Source: Pseudomonadota bacterium (GTDB taxonomy: Bacteria; Pseudomonadota; Gammaproteobacteria; Pseudomonadales; Azotimanducaceae). Taken from it: DNA of 64,000 nucleotides. The notes below the pieces were generated by a model. It was not told where the DNA came from, did no database searches, and saw only the letters and a list, made by a program, of their open reading frames with translations. The DNA is taken from NCBI GenBank assembly GCA_036338285.1, contig JAYZCO010000090.1, positions 79,234 to 143,233 of the forward strand, in the 5' to 3' direction. Positions within the stretch are counted from its first letter, which is position 1. The number at the start of each line of letters is the position of its first letter. Shown here piece by piece: positions 49,972 through 60,803 of this stretch. A program made the translations under genes and the position numbers.

Positions 49972-50976
49972 TCAGCTACCTTTCAGCGATATGCCCTCAG
50001 TGGCGTCGCCGAGGTCTTCACCTATACAGCGCTGGTAGTACTCCGCAACAATTGGACGCTCAAGCTCATCACACTTGTTGAGAAACGTCAGTCTGAAAGC
50101 GAATCCTAAATCTCCAAAAATTTCGGCATTCTGCGCCCAGGTCAACACAGTCCGGGGTGACATCACGATAGACACATCGCCATTTATAAATCCTTTTCGC
50201 GTGAGATCAGCAACACTCACCATATTACTGACGGTACGCCGCCCTGCATCTGTGGCTTCATAAGTTTTGGCCTTGCCACATACGATCTCACATTCTGCAT
50301 CATGTTCGAGGTAGTTGAGCGTCGTTACGATATTCCACCTGTCCATCTGACCCTGGTTGATCTGTTGTGTGCCATGATAAAGCCCGGTGGTATCGCCCAA
50401 GCCCACTGTATTTGTCGTAGAGAACAAACGGAAAAACGGATGCGGCGTAATCACTTTATTTTGATCAAGCAAAGTCAGCTTTCCGTCGAACTCGAGCACG
50501 CGTTGAATAACGAACATGACATCAGGTCGCCCTGCATCATATTCATCGAATACAAGTGCCACAGGATGCTGCAACGCCCACGGCAGAAGACCTTCGCGAA
50601 ATTCGGTGATCTGCTTGCCATCCTTGAGAACAATCGCATCCTTGCCGATGAGATCAATCCGACTGATATGGGAATCGAGATTAATCCTTATGCAGGGCCA
50701 GTTCAGTCGCGCAGCGACTTGTTCGATATGTGTCGACTTCCCCGTGCCGTGGTATCCCTGAATCATAACGCGACGGTTATGGCCGAAACCGGCGAGTATG
50801 GCCAGCGTCGTATCACGGTCAAAACGATAATCTTCGTCAACTATCGGCACGTAGTCCGTACGTTCTTTAAACGCAGGTACGGATAAGTCCTGATCGATAC
50901 CAAAAGCGTCACGAACACTAATTTCATGGTCAGGCGCTGAAATCGAGCCGAGTTCAGCGGCGGGATGATCGCTCAC
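49972..50976 (-). CDS. cobS: Cobaltochelatase subunit CobS (AAA+)
   Basis: [21 protein letters not shown] and [20 protein letters not shown]. Confidence 0.94.
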   Translation of the reverse strand: MSDHPAAELGSISAPDHEISVRDAFGIDQDLSVPAFKERTDYVPIVDEDYRFDRDTTLAILAGFGHNRRVMIQGYHGTGKSTHIEQVAARLNWPCIRINLDSHISRIDLIGKDAIVLKDGKQITEFREGLLPWALQHPVALVFDEYDAGRPDVMFVIQRVLEFDGKLTLLDQNKVITPHPFFRLFSTTNTVGLGDTTGLYHGTQQINQGQMDRWNIVTTLNYLEHDAECEIVCGKAKTYEATDAGRRTVSNMVSVADLTRKGFINGDVSIVMSPRTVLTWAQNAEIFGDLGFAFRLTFLNKCDELERPIVAEYYQRCIGEDLGDATEGISLKGS

Positions 50977-51177
50977 TTTGCTCCCTTACTTTTCGTTTAG
51001 GCAAGCAGACTATTGTAAGGAACCAGAAACAAAAAGCAGTAAAAAAAGAGGGGACAACTTGTCACGCACGTCGACTGAACAATATGCCTCCACGCTAAGA
51101 ACAACACATATTGTTCTGTCTGACAGGGCCCTGTTTGTGGTCAAGAATACCGAGCAATCTGTCGATCTAGGGAAAAA

Positions 51178-52179
51178 TCAATTCACACTTCGCGCAAAGT
51201 CCCGACTCGCCAGTGTTACACCACGAACACCCGCGAGACGCAGCAACATCTTCTCAAGTGATATCCACGGATCTCCCGGTTTTTGCCCCTTACCTTGCTG
51301 ATCGATAAACGCGCATTCAGCGAGCACTGGAAGGGGATCCCGAATCCGCTGTGCAAAGCCTTGTACAATTTTTTTTCTCGCTGGTGGCAATCTTTGCGTA
51401 TCACCCAAACGTCGTAGTTGTCCCGTCATCGCGCCAAGAATGGCAAACAACGTGATCCCTTCCTGTCTAAGCACATCCAGGATGTGCACCACGCGATCAG
51501 GCTGTCCCACCATCATCGCATCCAGCAGATCGAAGCTGGTAAAACGGCTGGAATCTTCAAGAGAAGCGGCCATGACCTCGAGTGAGATGGGCATCTGCAA
51601 TGCCTGCAGCGAAAGCTTGTGGACCTCCTGAGCTGCTGCTAACAGGTTCCCTTCGACTTTGTCGCAAAGGTATTGCAGCGCGTCCGATTCAGCCTGCATA
51701 CCCTGCTGCTGCATTCGCTGGCTGAGCCATCGCGGCAGCTCACGGGTGCTTAGCGGCCAGATCAGAACGATCGCACCCCCTTTATCTATGGCTTTGAACC
51801 ACGCGCTGGAACGCTGCCGCGGTTCGAGACGACCGGTTCTGAGAACCAGCAATGTTTCATCACTATCCGCATTGTCGGATAGCCAGGCACGCAAGACATC
51901 CGATGCCTCACGATCAAACTTCTTTGCAGGCACACGTACATCCAGTACTTTTTTGTCAGCAAACAGCGACAGGCTGGCACCGTCATGAGCAAGTTCGTGC
52001 CACTTGTAGGATCCCTCCACGTGATGAACCGAACGCTCCGTATATCCATTGGCCCGCGCAGTAGCCAATACGGCATCACATGCTTCCTCTACACGCAGGG
52101 TTTCATCGCCCGATATCAGGTAAACCGAGCGCATGGTGCTCTGGAGGTGAGTACTCAACTCTTCAATGCGAACCTGCAT
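51178..52179 (-). CDS. holA: DNA polymerase III delta subunit
   Basis: YLISGDETL, SLSLF and EGNLLAAAQEVHKL; follows lptE. Confidence 0.92.
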   Translation of the reverse strand: MQVRIEELSTHLQSTMRSVYLISGDETLRVEEACDAVLATARANGYTERSVHHVEGSYKWHELAHDGASLSLFADKKVLDVRVPAKKFDREASDVLRAWLSDNADSDETLLVLRTGRLEPRQRSSAWFKAIDKGGAIVLIWPLSTRELPRWLSQRMQQQGMQAESDALQYLCDKVEGNLLAAAQEVHKLSLQALQMPISLEVMAASLEDSSRFTSFDLLDAMMVGQPDRVVHILDVLRQEGITLFAILGAMTGQLRRLGDTQRLPPARKKIVQGFAQRIRDPLPVLAECAFIDQQGKGQKPGDPWISLEKMLLRLAGVRGVTLASRDFARSVN

Positions 52180-52184
52180 TATAT

Positions 52185-52682
52185 CTACTCGTCGGCTCGT
52201 AAATTGACCCGACTGACAAGGTCCATGGCGCGAATGATCTGACCCGCGATATCCTGCATGAGCTCCCGCTGCAGGATTGATTGCTCCTCGCTGCTACCAA
52301 CTATGTTGTCACGGTCAACACGATAAACGCGCTGGCGCTCAATCCAGGTCGGCGGCGCCAGAACCATTCCTGCGGTGTCTAAGATCTGGTAGTGCAAACC
52401 ATAATCAACCTCATACTCAGCTGTACGGGCCCGTCCTGCAGTAGAAACACTGCGGCGCTGGTTACGTTGGTCGAGAATTTCTATCACCACAGTAGCCTCA
52501 CTGGCTGACTTTTCGGCGACTCCAAGCTGACGCAAATTTTGTCTGAGCATCGATACAACCCGGGCACGAACTTCGCCGGTAATCGCGAAACTCTCTACAT
52601 TACTTTCGAGGTTGTAGCTGCGCAGGTGAAAGCCACAACCGCTCACCAAACACAGGACAAGCAATCCCCTAACGAACAACAA
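52185..52682 (-). CDS. lptE: LPS assembly lipoprotein
   Basis: Lipobox VSGCGFHLR; lies between leuS and holA. Confidence 0.9.
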   Translation of the reverse strand: MLFVRGLLVLCLVSGCGFHLRSYNLESNVESFAITGEVRARVVSMLRQNLRQLGVAEKSASEATVVIEILDQRNQRRSVSTAGRARTAEYEVDYGLHYQILDTAGMVLAPPTWIERQRVYRVDRDNIVGSSEEQSILQRELMQDIAGQIIRAMDLVSRVNLRADE

Positions 52683-55122
52683 TGTTCACCAACTTGTCAG
52701 GCACAACAATTTCCTTGACGATTTCTTTACCATCGATGTGCTTAATAACATTCGGCTCAGTTTTTGCCGTATCGAGGATAACATCCTTCGATGCATCTGC
52801 AGCAACGCGCACCTGACCGCGAACTTTACCTTGGACCTGAACAACCATCGTGATGGTCGTCTGTGTAAGCGCAGACTCATCCAGCAAGGGCCAACGCTCC
52901 TCTACGAGCAACGTCTCTTGACCAAGCGTTGCCCACAAGCTATGCGCAATGTGCGGCGCAACCGGAGAAATCACCAGCAAGGCAGTGCGCAGAGCTTCGC
53001 CAACAACGCTGCGGTCTGCTTCGGTTGAAACTTCAAACTTGCCAATTTCATTACACAATTCCATCACCCCGGATACAACGGTATTGAACTGCACCCGGCG
53101 AGAGAAATCATCGTCGGCTTTCTTCAAGGTCTCGTGGGTCTTGCGTCGCAGATCCTGTGCAGTATCACTCAAATTGTGTAGATCGTCTGTGCTGGTCGTA
53201 TCGTCTCGCGCAAATTGATGAACCTGATTCCACAGTTTCTTAAGAAAACGGACAGCACCCTCCAGCCCAGCTTCACTCCACTCAAAAGACTGATCCGGGG
53301 GCGCAGCGAACATCATCGCCGTGCGTACGGTATCGGCCCCATAGCGATCAAGCAGTTTTTGCGGATCCCCCGCATCTCCGGCCGACTTCGACATCTTCTT
53401 GCCATCATGGAGAACCATGCCAAGCATCAGCAGATTGTGAAAAGGCTCATCGCCATCAACAAGGCCCTCATCACGCATCAGTTTGTAATAAAACCGCGCA
53501 TAAAGAAGGTGAAGAATGGCGTGTTCGATGCCTCCCACATAGTGGTCCACCGGCGCCCAATAGCGTACACGTTCATCTACCATCGGGCTTTCCGCATCAG
53601 GGCAGGCAAAACGTGCGTAATACCACGACGACTCCATGAAGGTATCGAAAGTATCCGTTTCGCGGCGTGCTGCGCTACCGCACGATGGACAATCCACGTT
53701 AAGGAAACTCTCCATCGTTGTAAGAGGTGAACCTACGCCTTCAAATTTAACGTCTGTAGGCAGTACAACCGGCAGATTCTCTTCCGGGACCGGAACCACA
53801 CCACAGGCATCGCAGTGAATCATCGGTATCGGGCATCCCCAATAACGTTGGCGTGATACGCCCCAGTCTCGTAGCCTGTAATGGGTCACACGTCGGCCTG
53901 CATTCTTAGCCTCGAGGGCCCCTCCGATCGCATCAAATGCAGCGTCAAAATCCAAGCCATCGAACTCGCCCGAATTCACCACCCGGCCATATTCCACAAA
54001 CGCAGAGGCATCCATGTCGCACGCTTCATTTCCAAGTGGCTCGATCACCTGGACGATGGGTATGTCGTACTTTTTCGCAAATTCCCAATCACGCTGATCG
54101 TGACCCGGTACTGACATAACTGCACCTGAGCCATATTCCATCAGTACAAAGTTTGCAACCCAAACGGGCAGTGATGCACCAGTGAGTGGATGCGTGACGC
54201 GAATTTCAGTCGCGACACCCGCCTTATCCGCCGTCGCAAGATCCGCTTCTGCAGTCGTCGCCCGCTTGCAGAGCTCGATGAAATCAGCTGCAATCGGATC
54301 CGATTCGGCCGCGATCTGAGCAAGTGGATGTTCTGCAGCCACGGCCACATAGGTTGCGCCAAGTAGTGTATCGGGACGCGTCGTAAAAACCGTGAGCACG
54401 TCATCGTGCCCCTCTACGGCAAAATCGATCTCGACACCTTCAGACCGACCGATCCAGTTACGCTGCATACTCTTAACGGAATCTGGCCAGCCTGACATTT
54501 CATCGAGTTGATCCGTGAGTTCCTCGGCATAGGCTGTGATTCTTAAAAACCACTGTGCCATTTCGCGGCGCTCAATAATCGCCCCTGATCGCCAACCACG
54601 TCCGTTCTCTACCTGTTCATTGGCCAAAACGGTTTGATCTACTGGGTCCCAGTTGACGACCGAGTTCTTGCGATAAACGAGGCCTTTCTCGAAAAGTTTG
54701 ATGAAAAGCCATTGTTCCCAGTGGTAGTAGTCCGGATCACAGGTTGCAAATTCTCGTGACCAATCAATACCGAAACCGAGGCGTTGCATCTGCCCCTTCA
54801 TGTAGGCGATGTTGTCTTTGGTCCAGACTGCAGGAGGAATTCCGTTCTTGATCGCCGCATTTTCGGCGGGCAATCCGAATGCATCCCATCCCATCGGCTG
54901 CATCACATTGTAGCCTTTCAGGCGTCGATACCGGTTAATCACATCCGCCAGGGTGTAACAGCGTACGTGCCCCATATGCAGGCGGCCACTCGGATAAGGA
55001 AACATTGCCAGGCAATAGAATTTCTCTCCTTCGCCATCGACTGATGCACGAAACGATTCGCGTTCGTCCCAGTCTTTCTGGGCACCAGTTTCCACAGCAT
55101 GTGGGTCATACACGGCGTTCAT
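52669..55122 (-). CDS. leuS: Leucine-tRNA ligase
   Basis: FPYPSGRLHMGH, RDWGVSRQRYWG and KMSKS. Confidence 0.98.
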   Translation of the reverse strand: MNAVYDPHAVETGAQKDWDERESFRASVDGEGEKFYCLAMFPYPSGRLHMGHVRCYTLADVINRYRRLKGYNVMQPMGWDAFGLPAENAAIKNGIPPAVWTKDNIAYMKGQMQRLGFGIDWSREFATCDPDYYHWEQWLFIKLFEKGLVYRKNSVVNWDPVDQTVLANEQVENGRGWRSGAIIERREMAQWFLRITAYAEELTDQLDEMSGWPDSVKSMQRNWIGRSEGVEIDFAVEGHDDVLTVFTTRPDTLLGATYVAVAAEHPLAQIAAESDPIAADFIELCKRATTAEADLATADKAGVATEIRVTHPLTGASLPVWVANFVLMEYGSGAVMSVPGHDQRDWEFAKKYDIPIVQVIEPLGNEACDMDASAFVEYGRVVNSGEFDGLDFDAAFDAIGGALEAKNAGRRVTHYRLRDWGVSRQRYWGCPIPMIHCDACGVVPVPEENLPVVLPTDVKFEGVGSPLTTMESFLNVDCPSCGSAARRETDTFDTFMESSWYYARFACPDAESPMVDERVRYWAPVDHYVGGIEHAILHLLYARFYYKLMRDEGLVDGDEPFHNLLMLGMVLHDGKKMSKSAGDAGDPQKLLDRYGADTVRTAMMFAAPPDQSFEWSEAGLEGAVRFLKKLWNQVHQFARDDTTSTDDLHNLSDTAQDLRRKTHETLKKADDDFSRRVQFNTVVSGVMELCNEIGKFEVSTEADRSVVGEALRTALLVISPVAPHIAHSLWATLGQETLLVEERWPLLDESALTQTTITMVVQVQGKVRGQVRVAADASKDVILDTAKTEPNVIKHIDGKEIVKEIVVPDKLVNIVVR

Positions 55123-55240
55123 ATCTACCTGATCATATGCTCAATTTTTTGACGGGCGCAAGGATACCACCTCCCTCGTCGCGGGGAAGCTCGCCGTGGC
55201 CCAGTCCGGTTACCCATCACCGCGTCGGCAGACACCAACG

Positions 55241-55993
55241 CTAAAGAATACCCACCCCCCAGCGGATACCTCGGCGAAGCAATTCATAGTAGATCGGTGA
55301 GTTCCAGGAACCTCTGACAACCGGGAAGATATCGACCATAGGCTTCATATCATGCTTGCCCGCACAATGTCCGAGCGATAAATACAACACTTCTCCCTGC
55401 CCCCACGGGTGTAAGTACATTTGCGGGTGATTGTCGCGATCAGTTCCATAATCTGACTGTACGTAGCCTGCGGACGGTTCACTGTACGATGCTTCTAACA
55501 GCACCTTCTGCTCGCCTAGCGCTTCACAGTAGTAGGGCTCTTCGTCCTCGACCTCGAAATCCGAAATATTCTCCGTCAAGGCATGTTCGACATCGGTCAC
55601 TCTGATAGAAATTTTCTGATTCGCCGGATGAGCAATAAACCGACTGCCTAACAACTCCATAAAGTGAGGTGCGACGTCCGGCGTGTCGACTTTACCACCT
55701 TCGACGAATTCCAATAGCGCGTTGGTTGCATGCAGTGCTAACCAGCGTCCGCCTTTTTCTAAAAACGAGGCTAAGCCTTGCTGCTCTTCAAGAGTCGGTC
55801 TGAGATCACACGTGTAGGTGACCAGGAAACTGGACGCCTGTATCGCTTTAAAGTCACTGAAGTTCTCAGCGACACGTGTATGTATGTCCTCATTCTCCGC
55901 CAACAACTTAAGCAACTCCAAGCGCGCAAAGTTCGTGTCGTGGTACTTCGCATTACAGACAAGGTAGACGTCGACTTTCTGATCGTTTTCCAT
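55241..55993 (-). CDS. ThuA-like (class I GATase-fold) protein
   Basis: GGRWLALHAT, LGSRFIAHP, GEVLYLSLGH and LLRRGIRW. Confidence 0.8.
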   Translation of the reverse strand: MENDQKVDVYLVCNAKYHDTNFARLELLKLLAENEDIHTRVAENFSDFKAIQASSFLVTYTCDLRPTLEEQQGLASFLEKGGRWLALHATNALLEFVEGGKVDTPDVAPHFMELLGSRFIAHPANQKISIRVTDVEHALTENISDFEVEDEEPYYCEALGEQKVLLEASYSEPSAGYVQSDYGTDRDNHPQMYLHPWGQGEVLYLSLGHCAGKHDMKPMVDIFPVVRGSWNSPIYYELLRRGIRWGVGIL

Positions 55994-56160
55994 AACTCCG
56001 CCTTAGGGAATTTCATTTACACCTCACCATGAGAATTCTAAGTCAAATATCGGTCCGTCTGCATCCTGATCGTCAGCAAGACTGAAAAAACTCGGGTATG
56101 CTGCGCCGGCGAGTGCGCAACTAGGCACTTGTGATTCCACACACAAAGCGAGGGGGCCGC

Positions 56161-57579
56161 ATGGCTTTGGTTGAAGCCGAGTTTCTAAAAAGAGAAGAAC
56201 CACGAACCGGGAGTTTCAAGGCACCTCCGTTTTTGCCACGTGCAAACACCAAAGGACTTAGTCTCGATCGTCTGCAAGGTGAGCGTTACTTAACACAAGA
56301 GTTTATGCAGGCGGAGTGGGAGAATATCTGGACCAAAACCTGGCAGCTGGCCGCTCGCGTTGCAGACTTTGAAGAGCCTGGCTCTTTCCACGTTCACGAA
56401 CTCGGCAAGGAGTCTTTTCTTTTTGTTATGGGAGATGACGGCGAAATTCGTGGCTTCTACAACATCTGTCAACATCGGGGTAACCGCTTATGCGTTGCCG
56501 ACAGTGGCATTCTCGATGCTTTCACCTGTCCGTTCCACGGCTGGCAGTGGAATATCGACGGCTCTCTTAAAAAAGTCACCGCACCCGAGTTCTTTCGTCA
56601 ATTCGATGGTGGTGTACCCCATGAGGAATTAGCGCTAACCCCCGTACGCGTCGAAACATGGGGGGGCTGGTTATTCTTCAACATGGATTCCCAAGCCTGT
56701 TCGCTGCGGGATTATTTAGGTGAGATCGGAACTCATCTGGAGACCTACGAGTTTGAAGAGTGGCATCTTATCGACTACCAGACATTCGAATGGGAGGGTA
56801 ACTGGAAGCATGCGGTAGACGCGTTCAACGAAAGTTACCATTTTGCCGCTTTGCACCCGGATATGATCGAGTTCGGTGAGGGGCACGACATCCCTATCGA
56901 ACTATGGGGTATCCACTCACGCATGCTCAACTGGAACCGGACCGTGAGTGAAGTGGTTGACGATCGCGAAACAATGACCCCGCTGCGCAAACACATGATG
57001 GGGAGGCGTTCGGGCCAAGACAACGACTTATACGACTGTCCGGCAAAAGACATACACCTGACTGAAATTCGACGGCGGCGGGAAATGGAGGACGACACCT
57101 ATCTGCCATTTAAACAAATGAATGACGAGCAACTCGTGCACCAGTATCACTACACGTTCTTTCCCAACACCACCTTCACCCAGACCCCTGAAGGCGGGGC
57201 TGTTTTTCGCTATCGCCCTCACGCGACAGATCCGGGCAAGTGTTATTACGATTTCTTTATCGTGGTTCGGCTGCCCCCTGGGACTCCCCGCGTCGCGCGG
57301 CCACCGCACAAAATACACAGACACGCTGAGGGCAGCGATTACAGCACGGCCTTTGACGGCACATTCGACCCTATTCTCGCCAATGTGCTGTCTGAAGATG
57401 GATCCAACATGCCCACCATGCAAGCGGGTGTGGCATCTGATTCATTCAAAGGCATGCTTCTCAGTGACCAGGAAGTCAGGCTGCGCCATTTCCATAAAAC
57501 CATCGATGACTTCATTGCTGGCAAAGTAAGTACGAACAATCTTCTGGCATGGGATCATTACCTGGAAAAGTCTCTCTAG
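56161..57579 (+). CDS. Rieske non-heme iron oxygenase alpha subunit
   Basis: NICQH...CPFHGW Rieske motif, then DAFNESYHFAALH and ED iron ligands. Confidence 0.92.
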   Translation: MALVEAEFLKREEPRTGSFKAPPFLPRANTKGLSLDRLQGERYLTQEFMQAEWENIWTKTWQLAARVADFEEPGSFHVHELGKESFLFVMGDDGEIRGFYNICQHRGNRLCVADSGILDAFTCPFHGWQWNIDGSLKKVTAPEFFRQFDGGVPHEELALTPVRVETWGGWLFFNMDSQACSLRDYLGEIGTHLETYEFEEWHLIDYQTFEWEGNWKHAVDAFNESYHFAALHPDMIEFGEGHDIPIELWGIHSRMLNWNRTVSEVVDDRETMTPLRKHMMGRRSGQDNDLYDCPAKDIHLTEIRRRREMEDDTYLPFKQMNDEQLVHQYHYTFFPNTTFTQTPEGGAVFRYRPHATDPGKCYYDFFIVVRLPPGTPRVARPPHKIHRHAEGSDYSTAFDGTFDPILANVLSEDGSNMPTMQAGVASDSFKGMLLSDQEVRLRHFHKTIDDFIAGKVSTNNLLAWDHYLEKSL

Positions 57580-57645
57580 CGCAACACACGACCGAGAAAC
57601 CAACATGACGGTATGATGGCAGACGAGCCCACAGCGAGTAACGCC

Positions 57646-59238
57646 ATGAAGTTCCACCATTTAGTTGTGCTTACGATCTTTTTTTCGTTATCGGCCAATG
57701 CACAATCATCTGACCACAGGCCCACGCAGCCACCACTCAACGGACTGAAACTTAACGTCGTCGATCGAGTTGAAGCTCGAACCAAGCTGTCCCAGGAAAT
57801 CGTCGATTCGCTGTTTTCTTTCTCCGAACTCGGATTTCAAGAGTTTGAAACACAGCGCTACCTCAGCGAATTGCTTAACGCCCATGGCTTCACGGTCGAG
57901 GAGGGCATATCTGGTATACCGTCGGCCTGGTGGGCAACCTGGGGCAAAGGTAAACCGATCATTGCCCTGGGAACCGACGTGGATGGTATCCCGAAATCTT
58001 CACAAATGCCTGGGGTGGTGGCACGCCAGCCGATGATCAAAGGCGCGCCAGGACACGGCGAAGGTCACAACTCGGGCATGGCCGTTAACATTATTGCCGC
58101 GCTTGCAGTCAAAGACATCATGGTCCAGGAGGGTCTGCCCGGGACAATCGTGATTTGGCCTGGTATAGCCGAAGAACTCGTTGCCGCCAAGGCCTGGTAC
58201 GTCAGGGATGATCGATTTAAGAACGTCGACGCGGTCATTTTCAGCCATGTAGCGGATACCCTCTCAGTCAGTTGGGGCACGGCTCGTGGCACCGGACTCG
58301 TGTCCGTGGAGTACACCTTCTCAGGCAAGGCAGCGCACGGGGCGGTCGACCCTTGGAAAGGCAGAAGCGCACTCGATGCGGTGGAACTGATGAACATTGC
58401 ATGGAACTTCAGGCGCGAGCACCTAAATCCACTACAACGGTCACACTATGTCATTGTGGACGGTGGCGACCAACCAAACGTGGTGCCATCAAGCGCAACC
58501 GTCTGGTACTTTATCCGCGAAATTACGGCACAGGGTATCCATGAGAATTTTAACACCCTGCAACGTATCGCCGAGGGCGCGGCGATGATGACCGATACGA
58601 CCGTCCAGCGAAAAATCATCGGCACAGCCTACCCACGCCACTTCAACAAGCCCATTGCACTGGCTGTGGGTGAGAACATCAAAGCCGTCGGAATGCCCCA
58701 GTGGAGTGAGGACGACCACGCGTTCGCCAAAGCATTTCAGACCTTCATGAATGCCAAGGAAGTCAAAGGCCTGGAAACTGAGCCAGGAGGCGTTCGTAAA
58801 CCGCCCGAAAAACCTGTGTCAGGTGGGTCTGACGATATTGGCGACGTATCCTATAACGTCCCCACTGTGACGTTACGCTACCCATCCAATATCAAGGGCC
58901 GCACAGGGCATCACTGGTCGAGCGCGATCGCGATGGCCACACCAATTGCTCACAAAGGTGCCATCGCAGGTGCCAAGGTGATGGCTGCTACAGTGATCGA
59001 CCTGCTGGCCACTGATAAATTGCTGGAAGACGCCTGGACTTACTTTCGCCAAGTACAGACCAAAGACAAGCAGTATGAACCATTCATCACGAAGGACGAC
59101 CCTCCCGCCACCGAGAAGAACAGGAAGATTATGGATGAGTTTAAAGACCGCCTGGAGACGCTTTACTATGATCCAGCAAAGTACGAAACCTATCTATTGC
59201 AGCTCGGTATTGAGTATCCGAGCACAAGCACACCATAA
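57646..59238 (+). CDS. Exported M20 amidohydrolase (AbgB-like)
   Basis: Signal peptide ending ANA; ELGFQEFET, GHGEGHN, AEE, GGSDDIGDVS and GHHW. Confidence 0.87.
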   Translation: MKFHHLVVLTIFFSLSANAQSSDHRPTQPPLNGLKLNVVDRVEARTKLSQEIVDSLFSFSELGFQEFETQRYLSELLNAHGFTVEEGISGIPSAWWATWGKGKPIIALGTDVDGIPKSSQMPGVVARQPMIKGAPGHGEGHNSGMAVNIIAALAVKDIMVQEGLPGTIVIWPGIAEELVAAKAWYVRDDRFKNVDAVIFSHVADTLSVSWGTARGTGLVSVEYTFSGKAAHGAVDPWKGRSALDAVELMNIAWNFRREHLNPLQRSHYVIVDGGDQPNVVPSSATVWYFIREITAQGIHENFNTLQRIAEGAAMMTDTTVQRKIIGTAYPRHFNKPIALAVGENIKAVGMPQWSEDDHAFAKAFQTFMNAKEVKGLETEPGGVRKPPEKPVSGGSDDIGDVSYNVPTVTLRYPSNIKGRTGHHWSSAIAMATPIAHKGAIAGAKVMAATVIDLLATDKLLEDAWTYFRQVQTKDKQYEPFITKDDPPATEKNRKIMDEFKDRLETLYYDPAKYETYLLQLGIEYPSTSTP

Positions 59239-59294
59239 GCAGGTTGTATTTTCGCCCTTAGGCGCAACCAAGGGCGCATTTTATAACCGCAAGA

Positions 59295-60803
59295 CTATGG
59301 ACTACCGGTGTCCGTCTTATATCTTCTCCACAAGGCCTGAAGAATGATTCCACTGAAAAACAGCAGCAGCGGCCAGTGCCCTAACCAGCTGTAAGGTGTC
59401 CTTCCCAGCATCACCCGAAATTCAGATTTGAGCGCAGCAGCTTCGAACTGAGGCAGCGCATCCACAATCATTCCTTGGTGGTTTACCACCGCTGTAATTC
59501 CATTATTGGTTGCTCTTAGCAGCCAACGACCGTTTTCCAGCGCCCGCGCGCGCGCGATTTCCATATGCTGGTGGGGGCCAATGCTTCTGCCAAACCAGGT
59601 ATCGTTGGATATAGTCGCAAGCACGGCTGCACTGATTGCGCTTTGGCGCATTGATTCCGGATAGGCAATCTCATAACAGATTCCCATCGCAACCTGGCCT
59701 ATGTGTGTACTGATATTCTTCTGTCCACTGGCGCCTGCGGACATCGACGACATAGGCAGGTTGAAAAACGCAATGACACCACGCAGCAGCCTTTCCAAAG
59801 GGACATATTCGCCAAAAGGGACAAGGTGGTGCTTTAAGTACCTGCCGCTGGCCTGTCCCAGACCTAAGGCTGTGTTATATATCTCATAGCGATCGTCACG
59901 GGCAATGGCGCCCGGTATGCCCACAACGAGACTCGTCTGAGAATCTGCCGATTGTCTGGCAAGATCCTCCAAAAGCGACTGCGCTGTGTGCGGGTAAAGT
60001 GTGATTGCGGCTTCCGGCCAGATAATGAGATCTACCTCCCAATACGGTGCCGTAAGATCGAGATGCTTCTGGTAGTTAGGTTGAGCCTCCTCAGGCCGCC
60101 ATTTAAGAGCCTGGTCGATATTCGCTTGAATCAGAGCAACACTGTGACCTCTGCCCTCATTCACCCAACTGATTCCACCGAGCAAAAAGCCTCCGATGCA
60201 CACGACGAGGGGTGGTAGCAGGTAGGACCACCGGCCTTTTCGAATGACTAAAGTCGTTGCGAACGCGGCAGACGCATAGACAATGAGCGTACTGCTCCCA
60301 AGCACACCCAGCACGGGTATCCAGCCGGCAAACCAGGTGTCCAGCATGGCATTTGCGCTATATAGCCACGGAAAGCCGGTCAAAAGCCAAGTGAGAGACC
60401 AGTCCATCAATCCCCATATGGCAGCAAAGCAAAGCACATCCCAATGACTCCGCTTGCGTTTTAGTCGCGCAAACAACCAGCCAAGCGGCGCACAGAAAAG
60501 CGCCGCGGCGAAAAGTACAAAAAGCACCACAAGCAACCCGGCAAATAATGGGCCCGCACCTCCATAGACGTTGATGCTGACATACACCCACGATGCACCC
60601 ACTCCGTATTTGCCGATACCGAAACACCAGGCCACCAGCGTAGGATTGTTTGTGGTTTGGGTAAGCAGGCAATAGAGCCCTGCAATCGCAACGAGGGTAA
60701 CCGGCCAGAAACCAAATGGTGCAAAACCAAGGCAATAAAACCCGCCCAAGGCAATGGCAAGAAGCAGATATTTAAGGTCGGCGTTAATGAGGCGTGTTAA
60801 CAC
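59295..60803 (-). CDS. lnt: Apolipoprotein N-acyltransferase
   Basis: TGFPW, WPEAA, KHHLVPFGEYVP, ICYE and SNDTWFG. Confidence 0.95.
   Translation of the reverse strand: MLTRLINADLKYLLLAIALGGFYCLGFAPFGFWPVTLVAIAGLYCLLTQTTNNPTLVAWCFGIGKYGVGASWVYVSINVYGGAGPLFAGLLVVLFVLFAAALFCAPLGWLFARLKRKRSHWDVLCFAAIWGLMDWSLTWLLTGFPWLYSANAMLDTWFAGWIPVLGVLGSSTLIVYASAAFATTLVIRKGRWSYLLPPLVVCIGGFLLGGISWVNEGRGHSVALIQANIDQALKWRPEEAQPNYQKHLDLTAPYWEVDLIIWPEAAITLYPHTAQSLLEDLARQSADSQTSLVVGIPGAIARDDRYEIYNTALGLGQASGRYLKHHLVPFGEYVPLERLLRGVIAFFNLPMSSMSAGASGQKNISTHIGQVAMGICYEIAYPESMRQSAISAAVLATISNDTWFGRSIGPHQHMEIARARALENGRWLLRATNNGITAVVNHQGMIVDALPQFEAAALKSEFRVMLGRTPYSWLGHWPLLLFFSGIILQALWRRYKTDTGSP

Noticed and set aside
50977-51177. 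Cobalamin riboswitch upstream of cobS
   Set aside because: The conserved elements (GGGAA, GCCACTG, B12 box) are not recognisable on the - strand.
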